A DNA stretch of 64,000 nt, from NCBI GenBank assembly GCA_002753735.1, contig PEAN01000001.1:17040-81039 (forward strand), written 5' to 3'. Below are positions 47,215 to 57,022 of this stretch, one piece after another (positions within the stretch are counted from its first letter, which is position 1; each line of letters begins with the position of its first letter). The notes under the pieces were generated by a model, which was not told where the DNA came from, ran no database searches, and saw only the letters and a program-made list of their open reading frames with translations. The DNA is from Magnetococcales bacterium DCbin4 (GTDB taxonomy: Bacteria; Pseudomonadota; Magnetococcia; Magnetococcales; UBA8363). Made by a program: the position numbers and the translations under genes.

Positions 47215-49209
47215 TTACATCATTAATTTTCCCGGTCCCGGTTCGCCCCGATCGATCAGGGAGAGGATCGATCCCTGGCCATGGAGACGCAACTGGTAAT
47301 ACACCACACCACCGATCACCAGTTTGACATAATTCTTGGTTTCGTTGAAGGGGATGTTTTCGATGAAGGTCAGGGTCGATTCGGTGCGACGACGATCACT
47401 CCAAGTCTTTCCCCGCCCCGGTCCGGCATTGTAGCCGCACAAGGCCAATACCAGGTCGCCATCGAATGCCTTCAACATTCGTTTCATGTAGGCTTGTCCG
47501 AGGGCGAGGTTGTAGGCGGGGTCATGCAAACGGCCGGGATTGGAGGGGGGGAGTTCACTTTTCCTGGCCTGTTCTTCAGCGGTGGCGGGCATGAGTTGCA
47601 ACAATCCGCGGGCACTGGCGCTGGATTGGGCACGGGGCAGGAACATGCTTTCCTGCCGGGCGATCCCCCAGACCAACGCCGGATCCAATTCCCATCCCCG
47701 CATCGGTTGCCAGTGGGGCAGGGGATATAGCCCCGACCAGTACAACCGTCCGCCACCTTTCATCTCCCGCGCCAGTTTCAGGCCATAATCGTAGGCCCCG
47801 GTCTTGATGGCCAGGCACAGGCGGTCTTCCTGGTTCAGGCGGTAACGTTCGGCAAGGTTGTCGATTTCCGGTCCGTTGTAAAAATTGCGTCCCACTAAAC
47901 GCAACAGGTGCATCCGTTGCATATCTTCCTGGATGCGGGGTTGTTCAAGAATAGCGCAGGCCATTGGTGGATCCTGAAGCCGGGGCAGGTGCCCGTCACG
48001 GGTTTCCAAGGCGATCAGGCCATAGAAATTATCGGGAAACTGGGCCGCCCGGTTGATCCACATCTGTTTGGCTTCCCGGGTGGGTGACAGTTCCGCCGCC
48101 CACCAGGCCCCCTGGGCGCGACGGTGGTCCGATTTGGCTTCGCTTCCAAGCAATTTGAACAATTCCAGCGCCCGTTTTTCTTTTTTCAACCGATGGGCGC
48201 TCCAGGCGGCAAGCCACAGGGAATCTTCCAATTGCGCCCCTTTTTCCAGGACGTTCAGATTCAACAGTTCAAATGCCTCCGACACCCGATCATCATTGTA
48301 GAAACTCCGGGCCAGACGAAAGCGCAAAATACAACGATCATCGACGTTCAGATATGATCCTTCCCGTCCCAGGACCATTTTTTGCACTTTGGACAGGGAT
48401 CCACGGTTGCGTAACCATTCCAGGCGGGCATACCACAGTTCCGGGGCGTTGGCCTCTTTTTTCGACAGCCGGGGGAGGTATTTGGCAAGCATTTTTTGGT
48501 CGCCTGCCGTGGCTGCGTCCAGGGCGAGGAAATAATCGCGGCGGTTTTTGGGGAAGCCTTCGAGAAACTGCTTCAAGGGTTCTCGATTGTTCTTGAGAAT
48601 CATGTTGCGTGCCCGTTTTTCCCGGTCGGCGGTCCCCAATTGCCGTTCAAAATGGGTGGTGATCCGAATCAGATCATCGGGAAAGGAGATCCCCTCAAGG
48701 TACAATTCCCGCCATAAAGGATACGCTTGGGCAGACCGTTGATGTTCGAGCAGCAATTGGATGTAATACACCCGTCCCGCCTTGGTCACCGGGGGATGCC
48801 GGTCATACCAGGCCAGGAGATCATGTTCACCCGCCGTCTGGGTAATGCGGACCTCGACCATCTTTTCGATCCGTTTCCCGTGTGCATGATTGGGCCAACG
48901 TTTGAGAAAATCCATCATCTGCGGCAAGCTGGCACTGTAACGGGGATGAAACAGCAATTCCAGCTCCAGATAAGAGGCTAAACCGTCATCCTTGGGCCAA
49001 TTGGATCGATCAAGGAGTTCATCGATGGGTCCGCCGTTTTCCAAGACGGTAAAATAGTTGCGGAACACGTTGAGTTCCTGATCGGACAAGGATTGTGTCA
49101 GGGCCGGGGATGGAAAGGAAATGCAATAAATGATCGCAAGCCATATCCCCGTCAGGACGATACCCGGTCTGCTGTTCCACAAACCCAAAGATGGATGCTC
49201 GATGTGCAT
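47215..49209 (-). CDS. slt: Soluble lytic murein transglycosylase (Slt70-like)
   Basis: 664 aa. Signal peptide, superhelical N-domain, and C-terminal catalytic GIARQESMF ... GLLQLMP ... YNAGPG. Confidence 0.88.
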   Translation of the reverse strand: MHIEHPSLGLWNSRPGIVLTGIWLAIIYCISFPSPALTQSLSDQELNVFRNYFTVLENGGPIDELLDRSNWPKDDGLASYLELELLFHPRYSASLPQMMDFLKRWPNHAHGKRIEKMVEVRITQTAGEHDLLAWYDRHPPVTKAGRVYYIQLLLEHQRSAQAYPLWRELYLEGISFPDDLIRITTHFERQLGTADREKRARNMILKNNREPLKQFLEGFPKNRRDYFLALDAATAGDQKMLAKYLPRLSKKEANAPELWYARLEWLRNRGSLSKVQKMVLGREGSYLNVDDRCILRFRLARSFYNDDRVSEAFELLNLNVLEKGAQLEDSLWLAAWSAHRLKKEKRALELFKLLGSEAKSDHRRAQGAWWAAELSPTREAKQMWINRAAQFPDNFYGLIALETRDGHLPRLQDPPMACAILEQPRIQEDMQRMHLLRLVGRNFYNGPEIDNLAERYRLNQEDRLCLAIKTGAYDYGLKLAREMKGGGRLYWSGLYPLPHWQPMRGWELDPALVWGIARQESMFLPRAQSSASARGLLQLMPATAEEQARKSELPPSNPGRLHDPAYNLALGQAYMKRMLKAFDGDLVLALCGYNAGPGRGKTWSDRRRTESTLTFIENIPFNETKNYVKLVIGGVVYYQLRLHGQGSILSLIDRGEPGPGKLMM

Positions 49210-49233
49210 GGATCGACCATTGAAAAGTAAGGT

Positions 49234-50133
49234 TTAAAAAAGTGCCTCAACAAATTGATTCGCATCAAACGGACGAAGATCCTCCATGGTTTCCCCCACG
49301 CCGATGAACCGGACCGGCAAACCAAATGTTTTGGCCAAACCGACGACAACCCCCCCCTTGGCGGTACCGTCCAGTTTGGTGATGATCAGTCCGGTGACAC
49401 CCAGGTCGGCATGAAATTTTTTGACCTGACTGTGGGCGTTCTGGCCGATGGTGGCATCAAGGACCAGCCAGACCTCATGGGGGGCGTTGGATCCTTGACG
49501 CGTCAGAACCCTTTTGATTTTTTTCAGTTCTTCCATCAGGTTGACTTTGGTGTGCAACCTTCCGGCAGTATCGGCGATCAGCAGGTCGAAGCCGCGGGAA
49601 ATGGCGGCATTATGGGCATCATGGATGACCGAGGCACTGTCGGCCCCATGCTGTTGGGCGATGACGGGACAATCGCAACGATCTCCCCACAGACGTAACT
49701 GTTCCAGGGCTGCGGCGCGAAAGGTATCCCCCGCCGCCAGCATGACTGAGCGCCCCTGACTGCGATAATGATGCGCCAGCTTGCCGATGGTGGTGGTTTT
49801 CCCCACCCCGTTGACCCCCACGACCAGAATGACATGCGGTTTTTCGGTCCATGGCCGAGGTTCTTCCTGAACCAGAACCAACCATTCCAGAATGACCTGG
49901 CGTAACAACGCACGCAATCCATCAGGGTTCAAGTCGCGATGGTAACGGGTACGGACCTCCTCGATGATCATGACACTGGTTTCGAGGCCGAAATCGGAGG
50001 TGATCAACAATCCCTCCAGATCGTCAAACAAATCCTCATCAACGCCACGTCCTTTGAGCAGGTCATCCAATCCCTTGGAAAAACGCTCCCGGGTTCTGGT
50101 CAGACCGATCTTCAATCGTTCAAACAGTGACAT
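49234..50133 (-). CDS. ftsY: Signal recognition particle receptor FtsY (short form, NG domain only)
   Basis: Start reset to MSLFERLKIGLTRTRERF (ATG 50133). GVNGVGKTTT, DTAGR, TKLDGTAKGG. Confidence 0.92.
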   Translation of the reverse strand: MSLFERLKIGLTRTRERFSKGLDDLLKGRGVDEDLFDDLEGLLITSDFGLETSVMIIEEVRTRYHRDLNPDGLRALLRQVILEWLVLVQEEPRPWTEKPHVILVVGVNGVGKTTTIGKLAHHYRSQGRSVMLAAGDTFRAAALEQLRLWGDRCDCPVIAQQHGADSASVIHDAHNAAISRGFDLLIADTAGRLHTKVNLMEELKKIKRVLTRQGSNAPHEVWLVLDATIGQNAHSQVKKFHADLGVTGLIITKLDGTAKGGVVVGLAKTFGLPVRFIGVGETMEDLRPFDANQFVEALF

Positions 50134-50167
50134 CCCATCTACCCTTGTGTTGAATCGTGAACATGTT

Positions 50168-50542
50168 TCATGGATTGCCCGGTTTGGCTTCCTGGTGAAC
50201 GGCCTTTTCCAGATCCAACCAAAAGGACTCTTCACCCCGGTATCCCCGGAACCGTGCAATTTCCTTTCCATCCCGGTTATAAACCACAAACGTGGGGATG
50301 AAATGAATCTCCCATGCCAGATCGGCATATTCGGCCGGTGGATCGAGCTGGTCAATTTCGGTCAGGGGGAATTGTCTGCCGAGGGCGGTTTTGTGATAGA
50401 ACTTACCCACCGTTTCCCTGAATTCGCGACAATAGGGACACCCTTGAGTCGTCACCACGATCAAACGTCCCAAGGGTGATTCTGCGGCAGAGGCGGTTGC
50501 AAAAAATGTCATGACGAACAGCAAAAACAAAAAATTTTTCAT
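50168..50542 (-). CDS. Periplasmic thioredoxin-fold protein (CPYC)
   Basis: Signal peptide, CPYC redox motif, and IPTFVVY cis-Pro region. Confidence 0.7.
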   Translation of the reverse strand: MKNFLFLLFVMTFFATASAAESPLGRLIVVTTQGCPYCREFRETVGKFYHKTALGRQFPLTEIDQLDPPAEYADLAWEIHFIPTFVVYNRDGKEIARFRGYRGEESFWLDLEKAVHQEAKPGNP

Positions 50543-50601
50543 GGTTCCGTTCCAATCCGGTGGGACATTTTTTTTGTTTTTCCCTTTTGTGGCACCATAG
50601 C

Positions 50602-51642
50602 ATGACCGACATCAAACTCTCAATAATCATTCCAGTTTTAAACGATGCCGTGGTTCTGACCCGATTGCTTGAACAGATCAGCAGTCAAAGATTTGATGGA
50701 CTGGAACTGGTGGTGGCGGATGGGGGTTCCCATGACCATTCGGTGGCAGTGGCACGCGCCGCAGGTGTTTCAGTGGTGGAATCACCTCCCGGCCGGGGCC
50801 GACAAATGAATGCGGCAGCACAGGTGGCTCAGGGTCAACAATGGTTGTTCCTGCATGCCGATTCCTGGTTGCCGCATCCCGGTTTCCTGCAGGATGCTTA
50901 TGCGTGCATGTCTCGCCAATTGGCCATCCAACCGCGCAGCGCCGGTCATTTCCCACTCCAGTTCATCGATGTCCCACCGGGCAGGGGATGGATGTGGCGC
51001 TTTTGGGAAGAAAAAACCCGGTTCAATCGTCCCGAATGCATTCATGGCGATCAAGGATTGTGGATTTCGCGTTCATTTTTTCAGGAACTCGGTGGATTTG
51101 ACACCACCTATCCGTTCCTTGAAGAACGGCATGTCACCCGGGAAGTGGCGCAACGGGGGCAATGGCTTCTCCTTCCAGGTTATCTTGGTACTTCGGCCCG
51201 GCGTTTTGTCCGGGAAGGATTGGCGCGGCGGGCGGTGTTGAATGCCTTGATCATGACCTGTCATGAATTGGGCCACCATGATTTTCTTCAAAGTGCGCCT
51301 GCGTTGTATCGTGAACAGGCAGCGACGGGATTGTTGCCAATGGCGGCGTTTTTTCGACTTTTGCTCATGCTTGATCACGCCGTTCCCAAACACATTCGCC
51401 GTCAACGATGGCGGGCCGCCGGGGTGCTGTTGCGGCAATCCCTCTGGCAGGTGTTCCTGTTCATGGATGTGGTATCGCGGGGGACGGTGTTGCCAGGCCG
51501 TGGTTTATTTCTGACCTTCTACAATCGCTTTCTCGATCCCCTGTTGCCATGGCTGCTGCCCGATTTCCTGGCGGAATGGTGTGCCTGGTTGTTGTTTCAC
51601 GGGGTGCGGTTGGGTTTTCAATGGGGAAAAGAGGTGCCATGA
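50602..51642 (+). CDS. Family-2 glycosyltransferase with a hydrophobic C-terminal extension
   Basis: Start reset to MTDIKLSIIIPVLND (ATG 50602). VVADGGSHD, GRGRQMNAAA, FLHADS, GDQGLW, TSARRF. From memory, this pattern resembles the TIGR04283-type GT2 subfamily. Confidence 0.75.
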   Translation: MTDIKLSIIIPVLNDAVVLTRLLEQISSQRFDGLELVVADGGSHDHSVAVARAAGVSVVESPPGRGRQMNAAAQVAQGQQWLFLHADSWLPHPGFLQDAYACMSRQLAIQPRSAGHFPLQFIDVPPGRGWMWRFWEEKTRFNRPECIHGDQGLWISRSFFQELGGFDTTYPFLEERHVTREVAQRGQWLLLPGYLGTSARRFVREGLARRAVLNALIMTCHELGHHDFLQSAPALYREQAATGLLPMAAFFRLLLMLDHAVPKHIRRQRWRAAGVLLRQSLWQVFLFMDVVSRGTVLPGRGLFLTFYNRFLDPLLPWLLPDFLAEWCAWLLFHGVRLGFQWGKEVP

Positions 51643-53333
51643 GTGCGGTCAAACCTCTTGATGCCCATTACATCCAATGGCATGCACGTCGTTTGGTTGA
51701 GGCGGTGCGTCGTTTTGGCCTGGTTCATCGCGATGAGGATGGCGGTTTCCTGATATTCCTGTTCGCCCGCCATTGGCTCATACGGGAGGTTCATCCCCAC
51801 TATCGTTTACAGGTGGCACGCGCCTTGGACACTCCGGAACGGGATCCACCGGTTTCATCCTGGTTGCTGCACCAGGTGGAGGAGGGGGATGATGCTGCAT
51901 GGATTGGCATGCTTTGGGATCGGTTTGCCCAAAATTCTCAAACAGATACCACGCCAGCCCGTCTCATGCCCCCGCCCGTGGTCCAGGGGATCAAGGAACA
52001 GCGTGTCGGGGAACTCATACGGCGTTGGCGCCAGCTCGGGTTGTTCATGGTGCCGTATCAACAGGAGGTGCGGCGCCTTGGGGCAGTGGAACGGGAAGTC
52101 ATGCGCGATCTGGGGGGGGCCGATGATCGTGAACGGATCGGGTTGATCGATTCATTGCAGGTTGCTGACCAATCGATCCCCTCCTGGGCTAAAATGGCTC
52201 TGATTCCCCGGTTGGCGTGTCCCGAATCCTGCCGTCATTGCATGTTCATCTGGCGGCCACCCATGAAGCATCTCCCCGATCCCGGCCCCTTGTTGGCCAC
52301 CATCAATCAGCGAACCGCCAACCTTCTGTTTACAGGGGGGGATTTGACCGGGGAACTTGATCTGTTCCATCATGCCATTGCGACCATGGACCAGGTCGAA
52401 ACCTTTGCAATCCTTCTCAATGGGCAGTTGGCCCATACCCGGGCGGCCGCAGATGATTTTTTCGCGGCGTTGCATCGCGCCCTGGCCCGTCGGCCCCGTT
52501 CCTTTGCCCGGGCACGGGTTGTAGTGCAGATCAGCCTTGATGAATATCATCAGGAAATTCTCGCCAATCGCAGGGGTGAATTGCGTGAACGCATCCCCGT
52601 CGCCCACGTTGCCCGTCTCCTCATCGCCGGAGCGGGGTGGAACGGGGGAACGGTGGCCCTGGTTCACAAGCAAAACAGCCTCAATTTTTCCACCCTCCTT
52701 TTTCAACACGGGGTGTTGGGCCGTTTGGCCGCCGAATTGGAACTGCGGGGATGGAACATCGGGGATGTTCATTGGCTGACATCGCCTCGATCCAAGGAGC
52801 ATCCCGCCCAGCCGGGACGTCAGGGGGGGGTGATTCGGGAGGCGCAGTTGTCCCTGGTCGGTCCTGCGACTGCGGCGACCGTTCATTTCATCAGTTCATG
52901 CATCGATGCCATGGGGCGGGCCGAACTCATGGATCGCTCCGAATATGTCCATGAACCGCTGCTTCTGGAATCCTGGCTCCAGGGCGCGTCTCCTGTCATG
53001 GATCCCTTCGATACCGATCCCATGTTGTGGCGTAACGGCAATGTGACCCTGTTTGGTGCCATCCATCTTTGGATGGGTCATTTCTTCGAAGAGGGTGACC
53101 GGATCTTCACCCGTTGGCATAAAGATCCGCTGGTGGCGGCGCTGGCTCGGATGGACCTCCGTGTGCTCACTGCACATCAGGCGTGGAATGCCCGAAAACA
53201 TCATGAATTGGTGCAATCGGCAACCAGTCCCCATGGGTTGATGCATGCCATGACGCGTGATTCGGCGGCACGCCTGTTTTTGACCCGATGGTTGTTGACG
53301 CATCCCGCCGAGCGTGTGTTGATTCCATCATGA
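51639..53333 (+). CDS. Hypothetical 564-aa protein with one CxxxCxxC (radical-SAM-like) motif and an unrecognised N-terminal domain
   Basis: ATGA overlap with the GT2 stop (ATG 51639). CPESCRHC is encoded at 52218-52241, followed by LLFTGGDLTGE (a possible SAM-binding GGE-like element). No SPASM-type Cys cluster. Confidence 0.6.
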   Translation: MSAVKPLDAHYIQWHARRLVEAVRRFGLVHRDEDGGFLIFLFARHWLIREVHPHYRLQVARALDTPERDPPVSSWLLHQVEEGDDAAWIGMLWDRFAQNSQTDTTPARLMPPPVVQGIKEQRVGELIRRWRQLGLFMVPYQQEVRRLGAVEREVMRDLGGADDRERIGLIDSLQVADQSIPSWAKMALIPRLACPESCRHCMFIWRPPMKHLPDPGPLLATINQRTANLLFTGGDLTGELDLFHHAIATMDQVETFAILLNGQLAHTRAAADDFFAALHRALARRPRSFARARVVVQISLDEYHQEILANRRGELRERIPVAHVARLLIAGAGWNGGTVALVHKQNSLNFSTLLFQHGVLGRLAAELELRGWNIGDVHWLTSPRSKEHPAQPGRQGGVIREAQLSLVGPATAATVHFISSCIDAMGRAELMDRSEYVHEPLLLESWLQGASPVMDPFDTDPMLWRNGNVTLFGAIHLWMGHFFEEGDRIFTRWHKDPLVAALARMDLRVLTAHQAWNARKHHELVQSATSPHGLMHAMTRDSAARLFLTRWLLTHPAERVLIPS

Positions 53334-53561
53334 TCAATCAATGTCTTCAGCACCACAAAATCCCTTTTTTTTGAACATTTTTTTATCTCAACACTTTCTT
53401 CTCCACGTCAAACCGATGACATGCCGATTTCAATCGCCATGCTTGCGTGGCTGGGAAACACCTTGTTCTGATTGATGGATTGAGGACGGCATGAAGGTTG
53501 CTCCGGGTGGCTGGATTCAAGCATCACCGTAACGTTCAAGTCCACCGAGGAGAAGAACACG

Positions 53562-53750
53562 ATGTTCGTCAGTTCCGATCTGACCCGTTTGAAACTCAAC
53601 CTGCTTAAAGGGATGCCGGGCCTCTACAGCCGTCTGGTGACCCGGCTCAATGTCGAAGGACTCATGGAAAGCGATATCATGGATGATGCCAAACGCAGGC
53701 GCATTGATGGTATCCTCGATTATTTCTACAGCAGGTTCATGCCCTTGTAA
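53562..53750 (+). CDS. Hypothetical 62-aa protein
   Basis: GAGGAG Shine-Dalgarno 8 nt upstream of the ATG. No family recognised. Confidence 0.45.
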   Translation: MFVSSDLTRLKLNLLKGMPGLYSRLVTRLNVEGLMESDIMDDAKRRRIDGILDYFYSRFMPL

Positions 53751-53879
53751 CCCGATTACCTGAAATGATCCCATGATCAATCACAGGGATTGCGCACCCG
53801 CGGGTTTGACGCAGCGTTGTTCTCATGACCCTTTGTTCCCTTGACCCTTCCTTGAAGATCAATGCGTCCAGAAAATTGC

Positions 53880-53907
53880 AAAAAAACGGGGGAATACCGC
53901 TCCCCCG
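53880..53907 (-). terminator. Intrinsic terminator (minus strand) ending the LysR plus small-ORF transcription unit
   Basis: The minus strand reads CGGGGGA-gcggtat-TCCCCCG followed by T7. Confidence 0.7.
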
Positions 53908-54000
53908 GATTTCCGCAATGATCGTTTCACACCTCCATGGATAAATGGTTGCCCCGATATCCCGGGTCGTGGATGCGGGGTGGACCGGTTCCCTCCATGA

Positions 54001-54276
54001 TTACCTTTCCGGGTCACTTCGTCCTTGTTCCTGACCAAACCTTTGCCTGAAATCGGCAACCAAAGCTTCAACGGTTTCCACCAACATGGGCCACATCATT
54101 TCCCGGGAGTGCGCGCTTTGGGCGTTGACAAAGGCAAACAGGCAGTCTTCCACGACCTGCGCCAATTCCAAAGGGGGCAAATGTTCCGGTGCCCATGGAT
54201 TGGTTGCCGTCGCGGCACCCTGTGAAGTTTCAATACACTCTTGTTTCGCATGCATCCGCATTGCAGGACCTTTCAT
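54001..54276 (-). CDS. Hypothetical 91-aa protein downstream of the LysR gene
   Basis: ORF between the LysR stop and the terminator at 53880-53907. Weak Shine-Dalgarno. No family recognised. Confidence 0.35.
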   Translation of the reverse strand: MKGPAMRMHAKQECIETSQGAATATNPWAPEHLPPLELAQVVEDCLFAFVNAQSAHSREMMWPMLVETVEALVADFRQRFGQEQGRSDPER

Positions 54277-54313
54277 GAATCATTTCGGATGCCCCTCGGA
54301 TGCCACAATATCT

Positions 54314-55285
54314 CTATTGGTTTTCGCCTGCAACATGCATGGCTTCTGCTTTTATCCCCGAGTTGTCGGTCGCGGACCCTTTTTCCAAGACCGATAGGAT
54401 CTGTTGCCGCAACCAGATATGTTGGGCGCTGTTTTCAGTCCGTCGATGCCATGCAACTGCAATGCGCAATGGCGGTGTTTCAATGGGGAGTGGGGCAATG
54501 GATAAATTCAAGGGTCCGGCAACAAAGCGTGCAACCCCTTCGGGAACCACCGCCAATAAATCGGAACTTTGAACGATGAATGGAACCAGACTCAAGGAAA
54601 ACATCCGGGCTACGATCCGCCTGGAGGCCCCCATGTGTGCCAGCGCCTCATCGACAACCGTCGTGACCATCCCTTTGGGATAATAATGAACGTGCCCCGC
54701 CTGCAAAAATGCTTCCAAAGTCAGGGTCCCTTCGTGTACCAGTGGATGACCGGGACGATGCAGGCAGACATAGTGCATTTCATACAATCGTTTCAAGGAT
54801 TCCTTGTGCATGATGTTCTGGAAACGACTGAAAATAAGATCCACCTCACCCGATTCCAGGAAACGGGCCTCATCTTCACCGCCGATATCGATCAATTCCA
54901 CAGAGACATGGGGTGATTCCACCTGCAAACACTCAATCAAGGCCGGAATTAATACTGCGGCCGAATAATCGACCACGCCAAGGCGAAAAACCGTGCGCGA
55001 CGTTGCCGGATTAAAATCTTCCACCTCCAAAATCTGGCGCATCTCCCATAAGGCGGCGCTGACTGGACCCGACAATTCCAACGCCAGGGCGGTCGGTTCC
55101 ATCCGGGTTCCATCCTTGACGAATAATGGATCGTTGAAAATGGTTCGCAATCTGCGCAGAGTGTTGCTCATGGCAGCTTGAGTAATCCCCAAAACATTAC
55201 CTGCCCTTGTCACCCCCCGTTCAATGAAAAGAGTTTCAAATGCCAATAGCAGGTTCATGTCAAACTGTTGCAGTTCTACTCTCAT
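54314..55285 (-). CDS. LysR-family transcriptional regulator (DxNLL / NodD-LeuO-like subgroup)
   Basis: FDMNLLLAFETLFIERGVTRAGNVLGITQAAMSNTLRRLR HTH region. AAGGAGG Shine-Dalgarno. Confidence 0.88.
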   Translation of the reverse strand: MRVELQQFDMNLLLAFETLFIERGVTRAGNVLGITQAAMSNTLRRLRTIFNDPLFVKDGTRMEPTALALELSGPVSAALWEMRQILEVEDFNPATSRTVFRLGVVDYSAAVLIPALIECLQVESPHVSVELIDIGGEDEARFLESGEVDLIFSRFQNIMHKESLKRLYEMHYVCLHRPGHPLVHEGTLTLEAFLQAGHVHYYPKGMVTTVVDEALAHMGASRRIVARMFSLSLVPFIVQSSDLLAVVPEGVARFVAGPLNLSIAPLPIETPPLRIAVAWHRRTENSAQHIWLRQQILSVLEKGSATDNSGIKAEAMHVAGENQ

Positions 55286-55830
55286 GCCAACCTCCTTTTA
55301 GAAAATTCCATACATTTATATAATAAATTTGCAATTGTTTCTACTTTTTAATATAATCTTTTCTTCCTTTGGATCCATCAAGGAAAAGTGGTTTGCGAAT
55401 CTTTCCCTTGTGAAATGAAACCAACCCGTTAACGCCACCCGATTGCTGTATCGACGATCTGAATCCGGATGATTCGGTCTGGTTGGATTGTCGGTGCAGA
55501 GCGAATGATGAAAAGCTTCGGCTTTTCATCACGGGGCCGACGGGAGACAGGCCTCCCCCCCCCTCTGAGCTTGTTTCCTGTCGGCCCAACTTCCGCGCAC
55601 CACCTGCACCCATCGACGCAATGAATCGCGCTTCCCCGGCATGCCAATAACCGTTTGTATTTCGTGTGGCCACGTTCATCCAATGCATAATCGTTCTTGA
55701 TCCCGAAATCATGATCGTTTCGTTTCTGGCCGAGGTAAAAGAAAGACGTTCCTCACGTTTTCTTGAGGATGAATCGATTGACGAACAGGAATCGAAAGAT
55801 TCCTGTTCGTCTTCAAAAATGGGCGGATGA

Positions 55831-56769
55831 TCATGGGTTGGAAGCAATGCCAATTTGTTGGATCTGGTCGATGACGATCTTGCGCAGCCAATAATCGGGT
55901 GCGCTTTCATTGCTTCGTGCATGCCACGCCATGGCAATACGTAAGGGCATGACCTCGAAAGGGAGGGGATGGACCTTCAGGTTCAATTGGTTGGCGAAAT
56001 AATGGGCATGTTGATCGGGCAGGACCGTCAGCAGGTCACTTGAAGCGATCAGGTGGGGAATGATCCCTGAATTGTTCAAGCGGCTGATGATTTTTCTGGA
56101 ATGTCCCAGTTGTCGCAGGGCTTCGTCGACAGGGGTGTTGGTCAGTTCAGTTGGAAGGAATTGAATATGATCCGCAGCCAGAAAACCCTCCAGTGACAGG
56201 TGTCCGTTCACATGGGGATTGTCTGGGCGTGCAATACATACGAACTTCATTTCAAACAGGCGGTGCAAATGAAGTTTACCGGCGGTGACCCATTGAAACC
56301 AGGTAATCAAAAGATCTGCTTCCCCACGCTCAAGGATTCTGGCTTGATCCCTACCTCCTGGTTCAATGATCTCAAGATGAATCCGGGGGGCTTTCTGGCG
56401 TAGATGGTTCAATAAGGGTGGTATCAGTACTGAGGATACGCAATCAGAAATTGCGATCCGGAACAGGCGACTGGCCGTGGATGGATCAAATTGTTCCCTT
56501 TTAAGGAGCAATTGCGCATGATCCAAAGCCTTGGTGATGGGGTCGGACAGTTTGAGGGCTAAAGCGGTTGGGGCCATGGTATGGCCATGTTTGATGAATA
56601 ACGGGTCGTTGAACGTTTGCCGAAGGCGTTTCAACGTATTGCTCATGGCGGCCTGGGTGATGCCAAGGACGCGACCCGCCTGGGTGACACTGCGTTCGGT
56701 CATCAATACATCGAACGCCACCAAAAGATTGAGATCAACTTTTTGCAGATTTTTTTTATTGGAGTGCAT
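55831..56769 (-). CDS. LysR-family transcriptional regulator, diverged paralogue of 54314..55285
   Basis: VDLNLLVAFDVLMTERSVTQAGRVLGITQAAMSNTLKRLR. Confidence 0.88.
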   Translation of the reverse strand: MHSNKKNLQKVDLNLLVAFDVLMTERSVTQAGRVLGITQAAMSNTLKRLRQTFNDPLFIKHGHTMAPTALALKLSDPITKALDHAQLLLKREQFDPSTASRLFRIAISDCVSSVLIPPLLNHLRQKAPRIHLEIIEPGGRDQARILERGEADLLITWFQWVTAGKLHLHRLFEMKFVCIARPDNPHVNGHLSLEGFLAADHIQFLPTELTNTPVDEALRQLGHSRKIISRLNNSGIIPHLIASSDLLTVLPDQHAHYFANQLNLKVHPLPFEVMPLRIAMAWHARSNESAPDYWLRKIVIDQIQQIGIASNP

Positions 56770-57022
56770 TGGAGTTACCTGGAAGATCCGGTAGCTCTAT
56801 TGCCCTCCCCCCAACGCCCTTATTCCATGGCGTCATGCAATAGCAGCAGTTGATTGAAAATTTTTTCAAACATGAACAAGAACGTCGTTTTTTGTTATAT
56901 TTATTATTTTATTGACGTTGTTGACGTTCTAAAAAATTGATTGATGTATGTGTGTACCAGGCGGGCATGGAAGCGTTGCCTGGGATGAGGTCTCCTTGAT
57001 TGACTGAAGTTGACTTGGGAAT

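Noticed and set aside
55341-55937. 198-aa minus-strand ORF spanning the LysR intergenic region.
   Set aside because: It starts inside the 3' end of the upstream LysR gene in another frame. It has a Ser/Arg/Gly-rich composition, no Shine-Dalgarno and no motif.
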